From contig OZ024757.1 of the NCBI GenBank assembly GCA_964016885.1, forward strand, positions 372,001 to 436,000: a stretch of 64,000 bases of DNA. Reading direction: 5' to 3'. Position 1 is the stretch's first letter; each line of letters begins with the position of its first letter. Position numbers and translations under genes: made by a program. Positions 12,101-25,300 of the stretch are shown here, in pieces. The notes under the pieces were generated by a model. That model made no database searches. It saw only the letters and a program-made list of their open reading frames with translations, and was not told the DNA's origin. Source of the DNA: Eledone cirrhosa. Its lineage: Eukaryota.

Positions 12101-13399
12101 TAGTGACATTGGGGTGAAGAGAGTAGCTACAAGGGTGAGATAGTGACATTGGGGTGAAGACAGTAGCTACTAGGGTGAGATATTGACATTGGGGTGAAGA
12201 CAGTAGCTACTAGGGTGAGATAGTGACATTGGGGTGAAGACAGTAGCTACTAGGGTGAGATATTGACATTGGGGTGAAGACAGTAGCTACTAGGGTGAGA
12301 TAGTGACATTGGGGTGTAGACAGTAGCTACTAGGGTGAGATAGTGACATTGGGGTGTAGACAGTAGCTACTAGGGTGAGATAGTGACATTGGGGTGAAGA
12401 GAGTAGCTACAAGGGTGAGATCGTGACATTGGGGTGAAGACAATAGCTACTAGGGTGAGATAGTGACATTGGGTGAAGAGATTAGCTACTAGGATGAGAT
12501 AGTGACATTGGGGTGAAGACAGTAGCTACTAGGGTGAGATAGTGACATTGGGGTGAAGACAGGAGCTACTAGGGTCAGATCGTGACATTGGGGTGAAGAC
12601 AGTAGCTACTAGGGTGAGATAGTGACATTGGGGTGAAGACAGTAGCTACTATGGTGAGATAGTGACATTGGGGTGAGGTAGTGACATTGGGGTGAAGACA
12701 ATAGCTATTTGGGTGAGATAGTGACATTGGGGTGAAGACAGTAGCTACTAGGGTGGGATAGTGATATTGGGGTGAAGACAGTAGCTACTAGGGTGAGATA
12801 GTGACATTGGGTGAAGACAATAACTACTAGGGTGAGAGAGTGACATTGGGGTAAGAGAGTAGCTACTAGGGTGAGATAGTGACATTGGGGTGGAGATAGT
12901 AGCTACTAGGGTGAGATAGTGACATTGGGGTGAAGACAGTAGCTACTGGGTGAGATAGAGACATTGGTGTGAAGATAATAGCTATTTGGGTGAGATAGTG
13001 ACATTGGGGTGAAGACAGAAGCTACTAGGGTGTGATAGTGACATTAGGGTGAAGACAGTAGCTACTAGGGTGAGATAGTGACATTAGAGTGAAGACAGTA
13101 GCTACTAGGGTGTGATAGTGACATTGGGGTGAAGACAGTAGCTACTAGGGTGAGATAGTGACATTGGGTGAAGACAATAACTACTAGGGTGAGAGAGTGA
13201 CATTGGGGTAAGAGAGTAGCTACTAGGGTGAGATAGTGACATTGGGGTGGAGATAGTAGCTACTAGGGTGAGATAGTGACATTGGGGTGAAGACAGTAGC
13301 TACTGGGTGAGATAGAGACATTGGGGTGAAGATAATAGCTATTTGGGTGAGATAGTGACATTGGGGTGAAGACAGAAGCTACTAGGGTGTGATAGTGAC

Positions 13400-16300
13400 A
13401 TTAGGGTGAAGACAGTAGCTACTGGGTGAGATAGTGACATTAGAGTGAAGACAGTAGCTACTAGGGTGTGATAGTGACATTGGGGTGAAGACAGTAGCTA
13501 CTAGGGTGCGATAGTTACATTGGGTGAAGACAGTAGCTACTAGGGTGAGATAGTGACATTGGGGTGAAGACAGTAGCTACTAGGGTGAGATAGTGACATT
13601 GGGGTGAAGACAGGAGCTACTAGGGTGAGATAGTGATATTGGTGGTGAAGACAGTAACTACTAGGGTGAGATAGTGACATTGGGGTGAAGACAGTAGCTA
13701 CTATGGTGACATAGTGACATTGGGGTGAAGACAATAGCTATTTGGGTGAGACAGTGACATTGGGGTGAAGACAGTAGCTACTGGGTGAGATAGTGACATT
13801 GGGGTGAAGACAGTAGCTACTAGGGTGAGATATTGACATTGGTGTGAAGACAGTAGCTACTAGGGTGAGATATTGACATTGTGTGAAGAGAGTAGCTACT
13901 AGGATGAGATAGTGACATTGGGGTGAAGACAGTAGCTAATAGGGTGCGATAGTGACATTGGGTGAAGACAGTAGCTACTAGGGTGAGATAGTGACATTGG
14001 GGTGAAGACAGTAGCTACTAGGGTGAGATAGTGACATTGGGGTGAAGACAGTAGCTACTAGGGTGAGATAGTGACATTGGGTTGAAGACAGTAGCTACTA
14101 TGGTGAGATAGTGACATTGGGGTGAAGACAATAGCTATTTGGGTGAGATAGTGACATTGGGGTGAAGACAAAGCTACTAGGGTGAGATAGTGACATTGGG
14201 TGAAGACGATAGCTACTAGGGTGAGATAGTGACATTGGGGTGAAACAATAGCTACTAGGGTGAGATAGTGACATTGGGGTAAGAGAGTAGCTACTAGGGT
14301 GAGATAGTGACATTGGGGTGGAGATATTAGCTACTAGGGTGAGATAGTGACATTGGGGTGAAGACAGTAGCTACTGGGTGAGATAGAGACATTGGGGTGA
14401 AGACAATAGCTATTTGGGTGAGATAGTGACATTGGGGTGAAGACAGAAGCTACTAGGGTGTGATAGTGACATTAGGGTGAAGACAGTAGCTACTAGGGTG
14501 AGATAGTGACATTGGGGTGGAGACAGTAGCTACTAGGGTGAGATATTGACATTGGGGTGAAGACAGTAGCTACTAGGGTGAGATAGTGACATTGGGGTGA
14601 AGACAGGAGCTACTAGGGTGAGATAGTGATATTGGTGGTGAAGACAGTATCTACTAGGGTGATATAGTGACATTGGGGTGAAGACAGTAGCTTCTATGGA
14701 GACATAGTGACATTGGGGTGAAGACAATAGCTATTTGGGTGAGACAGTGACATTGGGCTGAAGACAGTAGCTACTAGGGTGTGATAGTGACATTAGGGTG
14801 AAGACAGTAGCTACTAGGGTGAGATAGTGACATTGTGGTGAAGACAGAAGCTACTAGGGTGTGATAGTGACATTAGGGTGAAGACAGTAGCTACTAGGGT
14901 GAGATAGTGACATTGGGGTGGAGACAGTAGCTACTAGGGTGAGATAGTGACATTGGGGTGAAGACAGTAGCTACTAGGGTGAGATAGTGACATTGGGGTG
15001 AAGACAAGAGCTACTAGGGTGAGATAGTGACATTGGGGTGAAGACAGTAGCTACTAGGGTGAGATATTGACATTGGGGTGAAGACAGTAGCTACTAGGGT
15101 GAGATATTGACATTGGGTGAAGACAGTAGCTACTAGAGTGAGATAGTGACATTGGGGTGAAGACAGTAGCTACTAGGGTGCGATAGTGACATTGGGTGAA
15201 GACAGTAGCTACTAGGGTGAGATAGTGACATTGGGTGAAGACAATAGCTACTAGGGTGAGAGAGTGACATTGGTGTGAAGACATTAGCTACTTGGGTGAG
15301 ATAGTGACATTAGGGTGAAGACAGTAGCTAATAGGGTGCGATAGTGACATTGGGTGAAGACAGTAGCTACTAGGGTGAGATAGTGACATTGGGGTGAAGA
15401 CAGTAGCTACTAGGGTGAGATAGTGACATTGGGGTGAAGACAGGAGCTACTAGGGTGAGATCGTGATATTGGGGTGAAGACATTAGCTACTAGGGTGAGA
15501 TAGTGACATTGGGGTGAAGACAATAGCTATTTGGGTTAGATAGTGACATTGGGGTGAAGACAGAAGCTACTAGGGTGTGATAGTAACATCAGGGTGAAGA
15601 CAGTAGCTACTAGGGTGAGATAGTGACATTGGGGTGGAGACAGTAGCTACTAGGGTGAGATAGTGACATTAGAGTGAAGGTAGTAGCTACTAGGGTGAGA
15701 TAGTGACATTGGGGTGAAGACAGTAGCTACAAGGGTGAGATCGTGACATTGGGGTGAAGACAGTATCTACTAGGGTGAGATATTGACATTGGGGTGAAGA
15801 CAGTAGCTACTAGGGTGAGATATTGACATTGGGTGAAGACAGTAGCTACTAGAGTGAGATAGTGACATTGGGGTGAAGACAGTAGCTACTAGGGTGCGAT
15901 AGTGACATTGGGTGAAGACAGTAGCTACTAGGGTGAGATAGTGACATTGGGTGAAGACAATAGCTACTAGGGTGAGAGAGTGACATTGGTGTGAAGACAT
16001 TAGCTACTTGGGTGAGATAGTGACATTAGGGTGAAGACAGTAGCTAATAGGGTGCGATAGTGACATTGGGTGAAGACAGTAGCTACTAGGGTGAGATAGT
16101 GACATTGGGGTGAAGACAGTAGCTACTAGGGTGAGATAGTGACATTGGGGTGAAGACAGGAGCTACTAGGGTGAGATCGTGATATTGGGGTGAAGACATT
16201 AGCTACTAGGGTGAGATAGTGACATTGGGGTGAAGACAGTAGCTACTATGGTGAGATAGTGACATTGGGGTGAAGACAGTAGCTACTAGGGTGAGATATT

Positions 16301-19300
16301 GACATTGGGGTGAAGACAGGAGCTACTAGGGTGAGATAGTGATATTGGGGTGAAGACAATAGCTACAAGGGTGAGATAGTGACATTGGGTGAAGACAATA
16401 ACTACTAGGGTGAGAGAGTGACATTGGGGTAAGAGAGTAGCTACTAGGGTGAGATAGTGACATTGGGGTGGAGATAGTAGCTACTAGGGTGAGATAGTGA
16501 CATTGGGGTGAAGACAGTAGCTACTGGGTGAGATAGAGACATTGGGGTGAAGATAATAGCTATTTGGGTGAGATAGTGACATTGGGGTGAAGACAGAAGC
16601 TACTAGGGTGTGATAGTGACATTAGGGTGAAAACAGTAGCTACTAGGGTGAGATAGTGACATTAGAGTGAAGACAGTAGCTACTAGGGTGTGATAGTGAC
16701 ATTGGGGTGAAGACAGTAGCTACTAGGGTGCGATAGTTACATTGGGTGAAGACAGTAGCTACTAGGGTGAGATAGTGACATTGGGGTGAAGACAGTAGCT
16801 ACTAGGGTGAGATAGTGACATTGGGGTGAAGACAGGAGCTACTAGGGTGAGATAGTGATATTGGTGGTGAAGACAGTAACTACTAGGGTGAGATAGTGAC
16901 ATTGGGGTGAAGACAGTAGCTACTATGGTGACATAGTGACATTGGGGTGAAGACAATAGCTATTTGGGTGAGACAGTGACATTGGGGTGAAGACAGTAGC
17001 TACTGGGTGAGATAGTGACATTGGGGTGAAGACAGTAGCTACTAGGGTGAGATATTGACATTGGGGTGAAGACAGTAGCTACTAGGGTGAGATATTGACA
17101 TTGGGTGAAGAGAGTAGCTACTAGGATGAGATAGTGTCATTGGGGTGAAGACAGTAGCTAATAGGGTGCGATAGTGACATTGGGTGAAGACAGTAGCTAC
17201 TAGGGTGAGATAGTGACATTGGGGTGAAGACAGTAGCTACTAGGGTGAGATAGTGACATTGGGGTGAAGACAGTAGCTACTAGGGTGAGATAGTGACATT
17301 GGGGTGAAGACAGTAGCTACTATGGTGAGATAGTGACATTGGGGTGAAGACAATAGCTATTTGGGTGAGATAGTGACATTGGGGTGAAGACAAAGCTACT
17401 AGGATGTGATAGTGACATTGGGGTGAAGACAATAGCTACTAGGGTGAGATAGTGACATTGGGGTGAAGACAGTAGCTACTAGGGTGGGATAGTGATATTG
17501 GGGTGAAGACAATAGCTACAAGGGTGAGATAGTGATATTGGGTGAAGACAATAGCTACTAGGGTGAGAGAGTGACATTGGGGTAAGAGAGTAGCTACTAG
17601 GGTGAGATAGTGACATTGGGGTGACAACAGTAGCTACTAGGGTGAGATAGTGACATTGGGGTGAAGACAGAAGCTACTAGGGTGTGATAGTGACATTAGG
17701 GTGAAGACAGTAGCTACTAGGGTGAGATAGTGACATTGGGGTGGAGACAGTAGCTACTAGGGTGAGATAGTGACATTGGGGTGAAGACAGTAGCTACTAG
17801 GGTGAGATAGTGACATTAGGGTGAAGACAGGAGCTACTAGGGTGAGATAGTGATATTGGTGGTGAAGACAGTATCTACTAGGGTGATATAGTGACATTGG
17901 GGTGAAGACAGTAGCTACTATGGTGACATAGTGACATTGGGGTGAAGACAATAGCTATTTGGGTGAGACAGTGACATTGGGGTGAAGACAGTAGCTACTA
18001 GGGTGTGATAGTGACATTAGGGTGAAGACAGTAGCTACTAGGGTGAGATAGTGACATTGGGGTGAAGAAAGAAGCTACTAGGGTGTGATAGTGACATTAG
18101 GGTGAAGACAGTAGCTACTAGGGTGAGATAGTGACATTGGGGTGGAGACAGTAGCTACTAGGTTGAGATAGTGACATTGGGGTGAAGACAGTAGCTACTA
18201 GGGTGAGATAGTGACATTGGGGTGAAGACAGGTGCTACTAGGGTGAGATAGTGACATTGGGGTGAAGACAGTAGCTACTAGGGTGATATAGTGACATTGG
18301 GGTGAAGACAGTAGCTACTATGGTGACATAGTGACATTGGGGTGAAGACAGTAGCTACTGGGTGAGATAGTGACATTGGGGTGAAGACAATAGCTATTTG
18401 GGTGAGATAGTGACATTGGGGTGAAGACAGAAGCTACTAGGGTGTGATAGTAACATCAGGGTGAAGACAGTAGCTACTAGGGTGAGATAGTGACATTGGG
18501 GTGGAGACAGTAGCTACTAGGGTGAGATAGTGACATTAGAGTGAAGGTAGTAGCTACTAGGGTGAGATAGTGACATTGGGGTGAAGACAGTAGCTACTAT
18601 GGTGAGATAGTGACATTGGGGTGAAGACAGTAGCTACTAGGGTGAGATATTGACATTGGGGTGAAGACAGGAGCTACTAGGGTGAGATAGTGATATTGGG
18701 GTGAAGACAATAGCTACAAGGGTGAGATAGTGACATTGGGTGAAGACAATAACTACTAGGGTGAGAGAGTGACATTGGGGTAAGAGAGTAGCTACTAGGG
18801 TGAGATAGTGACATTGGGGTGGAGATAGTAGCTACTAGGGTGAGATAGTGACATTGGGGTGAAGACAGTAGCTACTGGGTGAGATAGAGACATTGGGGTG
18901 AAGATAATAGCTATTTGGGTGAGATAGTGACATTGGGGTGAAGACAGAAGCTACTAGGGTGTGATAGTGACATTAGGGTGAAGACAGTAGCTACTAGGGT
19001 GAGATAGTGACATTAGAGTGAAGACAGTAGCTACTAGGGTGTGATAGTGACATTGGGGTGAAGACAGTAGCTACTAGGTTGCGATAGTTACATTGGGTGA
19101 AGACAGTAGCTACTAGGGTGAGATAGTGACATTGGGGTGAAGACAGTAGCTACTAGGGTGAGATAGTGACATTGGGGTGAAGACAGGAGCTACTAGTGTG
19201 AGATAGTGATATTGGTGGTGAAGACAGTAACTACTAGGGTGAGATAGTGACATTGGGGTGAAGACAGTAGCTACTATGGTGACATAGTGACATTGGGGTG

Positions 19301-22300
19301 AAGACAATAGCTATTTGGGTGAGACAGTGACATTGGGGTGAAGACAGTAGCTACTGGGTGAGATAGTGACATTGGGGTGAAGACAGTAGCTACTAGGGTG
19401 AGATATTGACATTGGGGTGAAGACAGTAGTTACTAGGGTGAGATATTGACATTGGGTGAAGAGAGTAGCTACTAGGATGAGATAGTGACATTGGGGTGAA
19501 GACAGTAGCTAATAGGGTGCGATAGTGACATTGGGTGAAGACAGTAGCTACTAGGGTGAGATAGTGACATTGGGGTGAAGACAGTAGCTACTAGGGTGAG
19601 ATAGTGACATTGGGGTGAAGACAGTAGCTACTAGGGTGAGATAGTGACATTGGGGTGAAGACAGTAGCTACTATGGTGAGATAGTGACATTGGGGTGAAG
19701 ACAATAGCTATTTGGATGAGATAGTGACATTGGGGTGAAGACAAAGCTACTAGGATGTGATAGTGACATTGGGGTGAAGACAATAGCTACTAGGGTGAGA
19801 TAGTGACATTGGGGTGAAGACAGTAGCTACTAGGGTGGGATAGTGATATTGGGGTGAAGACAATAGCTACAAGGGTGAGATAGTGATATTGGGTGAAGAC
19901 AATAGCTACTAGGGTGAGAGAGTGACATTGGGGTAAGAGAGTAGCTACTAGGGTGAGATAGTGACATTGGGGTGACAACAGTAGCTACTAGGGTGAGATA
20001 GTGACATTGGGGTGAAGACAGAAGCTACTAGGGTGTGATAGTGACATTAGGGTGAAGACAGTAGCTACTAGGGTGAGATAGTGACATTGGGGTGGAGACA
20101 GTAGCTACTAGGGTGAGATAGTGACATTGGGGTGAAGACAGTAGCTACTAGGGTGAGATAGTGACATTAGGGTGAAGACAGGAGCTACTAGGGTGAGATA
20201 GTGATATTGGTGGTGAAGACAGTATCTACTAGGGTGATATAGTGACATTGGGGTGAAGACAGTAGCTACTATGGTGACATAGTGACATTGGGGTGAAGAC
20301 AATAGCTATTTGGGTGAGACAGTGACATTGGGGTGAAGACAGTAGCTACTAGGGTGTGATAGTGACATTAGGGTGAAGACAGTAGCTACTAGGGTGAGAT
20401 AGTGACATTGGGGTGAAGACAGAAGCTACTAGGGTGTGATAGTGACATTAGGGTGAAGACAGTAGCTACTAGGGTGAGATAGTGACATTGGGGTGGAGAC
20501 AGTAGCTACTAGGTTGAGATAGTGACATTGGGGTGAAGACAGTAGCTACTATGGTGACATAGTGACATTGGGGTGAAGACAATAGCTATTTGGGTGAGAC
20601 AGTGACATTGGGGTGAAGACAGTAGCTACTGGGTGAGATAGTGACATTGGGGTGAAGACAGTAGCTACTAGGGTGAGATATTGACATTGGTGTGAAGACA
20701 GTAGCTACTGGGTGAGATAGTGACATTAGAGTGAAGACAGTAGCTACTAGGGTGTGATAGTGACATTGGGGTGAAGACAGTAGCTACTAGGGTGCGATAG
20801 TTACATTGGGTGAAGACAGTAGCTACTAGGGTGAGATAGTGACATTGGGGTGAAGACAGTAGCTACTAGGGTGAGATAGTGACATTGGGGTGAAGACAGG
20901 AGCTACTAGGGTGAGATAGTGATATTGGTGGTGAAGACAGTAACTACTAGGGTGAGATAGTGACATTGGGGTGAAGACAGTAGCTACTATGGTGACATAG
21001 TGACATTGGGGTGAAGACAATAGCTATTTGGGTGAGACAGTGACATTGGGGTGAAGACAGTAGCTACTGGGTGAGATAGTGACATTGGGGTGAAGACAGT
21101 AGCTACTAGGGTGAGATATTGACATTGGTGTGAAGACAGTAGCTACTAGGGTGAGATATTGACATTGTGTGAAGAGAGTAGCTACTAGGATGAGATAGTG
21201 ACATTGGGGTGAAGACAGTAGCTAATAGGGTGCGATAGTGACATTGGGTGAAGACAGTAGCTACTAGGGTGAGATAGTGACATTGGGGTGAAGACAGTAG
21301 CTACTAGGGTGAGATAGTGACATTGGGGTGAAGACAGTAGCTACTAGGGTGAGATAGTGACATTGGGTTGAAGACAGTAGCTACTATGGTGAGATAGTGA
21401 CATTGGGGTGAAGACAATAGCTATTTGGGTGAGATAGTGACATTGGGGTGAAGACAAAGCTACTAGGGTGAGATAGTGACATTGGGTGAAGACGATAGCT
21501 ACTAGGGTGAGATAGTGACATTGGGGTGAAACAATAGCTACTAGGGTGAGATAGTGACATTGGGGTAAGAGAGTAGCTACTAGGGTGAGATAGTGACATT
21601 GGGGTGGAGATATTAGCTACTAGGGTGAGATAGTGACATTGGGGTGAAGACAGTAGCTACTGGGTGAGATAGAGACATTGGGGTGAAGACAATAGCTATT
21701 TGGGTGAGATAGTGACATTGGGGTGAAGACAGAAGCTACTAGGGTGTGATAGTGACATTAGGGTGAAGACAGTAGCTACTAGGGTGAGATAGTGACATTG
21801 GGGTGGAGACAGTAGCTACTAGGGTGAGATATTGACATTGGGGTGAAGACAGTAGCTACTAGGGTGAGATAGTGACATTGGGGTGAAGACAGGAGCTACT
21901 AGGGTGAGATAGTGATATTGGTGGTGAAGACAGTATCTACTAGGGTGATATAGTGACATTGGGGTGAAGACAGTAGCTTCTATGGTGACATAGTGACATT
22001 GGGGTGAAGACAATAGCTATTTGGGTGAGACAGTGACATTGGGCTGAAGACAGTAGCTACTAGGGTGTGATAGTGACATTAGGGTGAAGACAGTAGCTAC
22101 TAGGGTGAGATAGTGACATTGTGGTGAAGACAGAAGCTACTAGGGTGTGATAGTGACATTAGGGTGAAGACAGTAGCTACTAGGGTGAGATAGTGACATT
22201 GGGGTGGAGACAGTAGCTACTAGGGTGAGATAGTGACATTGGGGTGAAGACAGTAGCTACTAGGGTGAGATAGTGACATTGGGGTGAAGACAAGAGCTAC

Positions 22301-25300
22301 TAGGGTGAGATAGTGACATTGGGGTGAAGACAGTAGCTACTAGGGTGATATAGTGACATTGGGGTGAAGACAGTAGCTACTATGGTGACATAGTGACATT
22401 GGGGTGAAGACAATAGCTATTTGGGTGAGACAGTGACATTGGGGTGAAGACAGTAGCTACTGGGTGAGATAGTGACATTGGGGTGAAGACAATAGCTATT
22501 TGGGTTAGATAGTGACATTGGGGTGAAGACAGAAGCTACTAGGGTGTGATAGTAACATCAGGGTGAAGACAGTAGCTACTAGGGTGAGATAGTGACATTG
22601 GGGTGGAGACAGTAGCTACTAGGGTGAGATAGTGACATTAGAGTGAAGGTAGTAGCTACTAGGGTGAGATAGTGACATTGGGGTGAAGACAGTAGCTACA
22701 AGGGTGAGATCGTGACATTGGGGTGAAGACAGTATCTACTAGGGTGAGATATTGACATTGGGGTGAAGACAGTAGCTACTAGGGTGAGATATTGACATTG
22801 GGTGAAGACAGTAGCTACTAGAGTGAGATAGTGACATTGGGGTGAAGACAGTAGCTACTAGGGTGCGATAGTGACATTGGGTGAAGACAGTAGCTACTAG
22901 GGTGAGATAGTGACATTGGGTGAAGACAATAGCTACTAGGGTGAGAGAGTGACATTGGTGTGAAGACATTAGCTACTTGGGTGAGATAGTGACATTAGGG
23001 TGAAGACAGTAGCTAATAGGGTGCGATAGTGACATTGGGTGAAGACAGTAGCTACTAGGGTGAGATAGTGACATTGGGGTGAAGACAGTAGCTACTAGGG
23101 TGAGATAGTGACATTGGGGTGAAGACAGGAGCTACTAGGGTGAGATCGTGATATTGGGGTGAAGACAGTAGCTACTAGGGTGAGATAGTGACATTGGGGT
23201 GAAGACAGTAGCTACTATGGTGAGATAGTGACATTGGGGTAAAGACAGTAGCTACTAGGGTGAGATATTGACATTGGGGTGAAGACAGGAGCTACTAGGG
23301 TGAGATAGTGATATTGGGGTGAAGACAATAGCTACAAGGGTGAGATAGTGACATTGGGTGAAGACAATAACTACTAGGGTGAGAGAGTGACATTGGGGTA
23401 AGAGAGTAGCTACTAGGGTGAGATAGTGACATTGGGGTGGAGATAGTAGCTACTAGGGTGAGATAGTGACATTGGGGTGAAGACAGTAGCTACTGGGTGA
23501 GATAGAGACATTGGGGTGAAGATAATAGCTATTTGGGTGAGATAGTGACATTGGGGTGAAGACAGAAGCTACTAGGGTGTGATAGTGACATTAGGGTGAA
23601 AACAGTAGCTACTAGGGTGAGATAGTGACATTAGAGTGAAGACAGTAGCTACTAGGGTGTGATAGTGACATTGGGGTGAAGACAGTAGCTACTAGGGTGC
23701 GATAGTTACATTGGGTGAAGACAGTAGCTACTAGGGTGAGATAGTGACATTGGGGTGAAGACAGTAGCTACTAGGGTGAGATAGTGACATTGGGGTGAAG
23801 ACAGGAGCTACTAGGGTGAGATAGTGATATTGGTGGTGAAGACAGTAACTACTAGGGTGAGATAGTGACATTGGGGTGAAGACAGTAGCTACTATGGTGA
23901 CATAGTGACATTGGGGTGAAGACAATAGCTATTTGGGTGAGACAGTGACATTGGGGTGAAGACAGTAGCTACTGGGTGAGATAGTGACATTGGGGTGAAG
24001 ACAGTAGCTACTAGGGTGAGATATTGACATTGGGGTGAAGACAGTAGCTACTAGGGTGAGATATTGACATTGGGTGAAGAGAGTAGCTACTAGGATGAGA
24101 TAGTGTCATTGGGGTGAAGACAGTAGCTAATAGGGTGCGATAGTGACATTGGGTGAAGACAGTAGCTACTAGGGTGAGATAGTGACATTGGGGTGAAGAC
24201 AGTAGCTACTAGGGTGAGATAGTGACATTGGGGTGAAGACAGTAGCTACTAGGGTGAGATAGTGACATTGGGGTGAAGACAGTAGCTACTATGGTGAGAT
24301 AGTGACATTGGGGTGAAGACAATAGCTATTTGGGTGAGATAGTGACATTGGGGTGAAGACAAAGCTACTAGGATGTGATAGTGACATTGGGGTGAAGACA
24401 ATAGCTACTAGGGTGAGATAGTGACATTGGGGTGAAGACAGTAGCTACTAGGGTGGGATAGTGATATTGGGGTGAAGAATATAGCTACAAGGGTGAGATA
24501 GTGATATTGGGTGAAGACAATAGCTACTAGGGTGAGAGAGTGACATTGGGGTAAGAGAGTAGCTACTAGGGTGAGATAGTGACATTGGGGTGACAACAGT
24601 AGCTACTAGGGTGAGATAGTGACATTGGGGTGAAGACAGAAGCTACTAGGGTGTGATAGTGACATTAGGGTGAAGACAGTAGCTACTAGGGTGAGATAGT
24701 GACATTGGGGTGGAGACAGTAGCTACTAGGGTGAGATAGTGACATTGGGGTGAAGACAGTAGCTACTAGGGTGAGATAGTGACATTAGGGTGAAGACAGG
24801 AGCTACTAGGGTGAGATAGTGATATTGGTGGTGAAGACAGTATCTACTAGGGTGATATAGTGACATTGGGGTGAAGACAGTAGCTACTATGGTGACATAG
24901 TGACATTGGGGTGAAGACAATAGCTATTTGGGTGAGACAGTGACATTGGGGTGAAGACAGTAGCTACTAGGGTGTGATAGTGACATTAGGGTGAAGACAG
25001 TAGCTACTAGGGTGAGATAGTGACATTGGGGTGAAGAAAGAAGCTACTAGGGTGTGATAGTGACATTAGGGTGAAGACAGTAGCTACTAGGGTGAGATAG
25101 TGACATTGGGGTGGAGACAGTAGCTACTAGGTTGAGATAGTGACATTGGGGTGAAGACAGTAGCTACTAGGGTGAGATAGTGACATTGGGGTGAAGACAG
25201 GTGCTACTAGGGTGAGATAGTGACATTGGGGTGAAGACAGTAGCTACTAGGGTGATATAGTGACATTGGGGTGAAGACAGTAGCTACTATGGTGACATAG

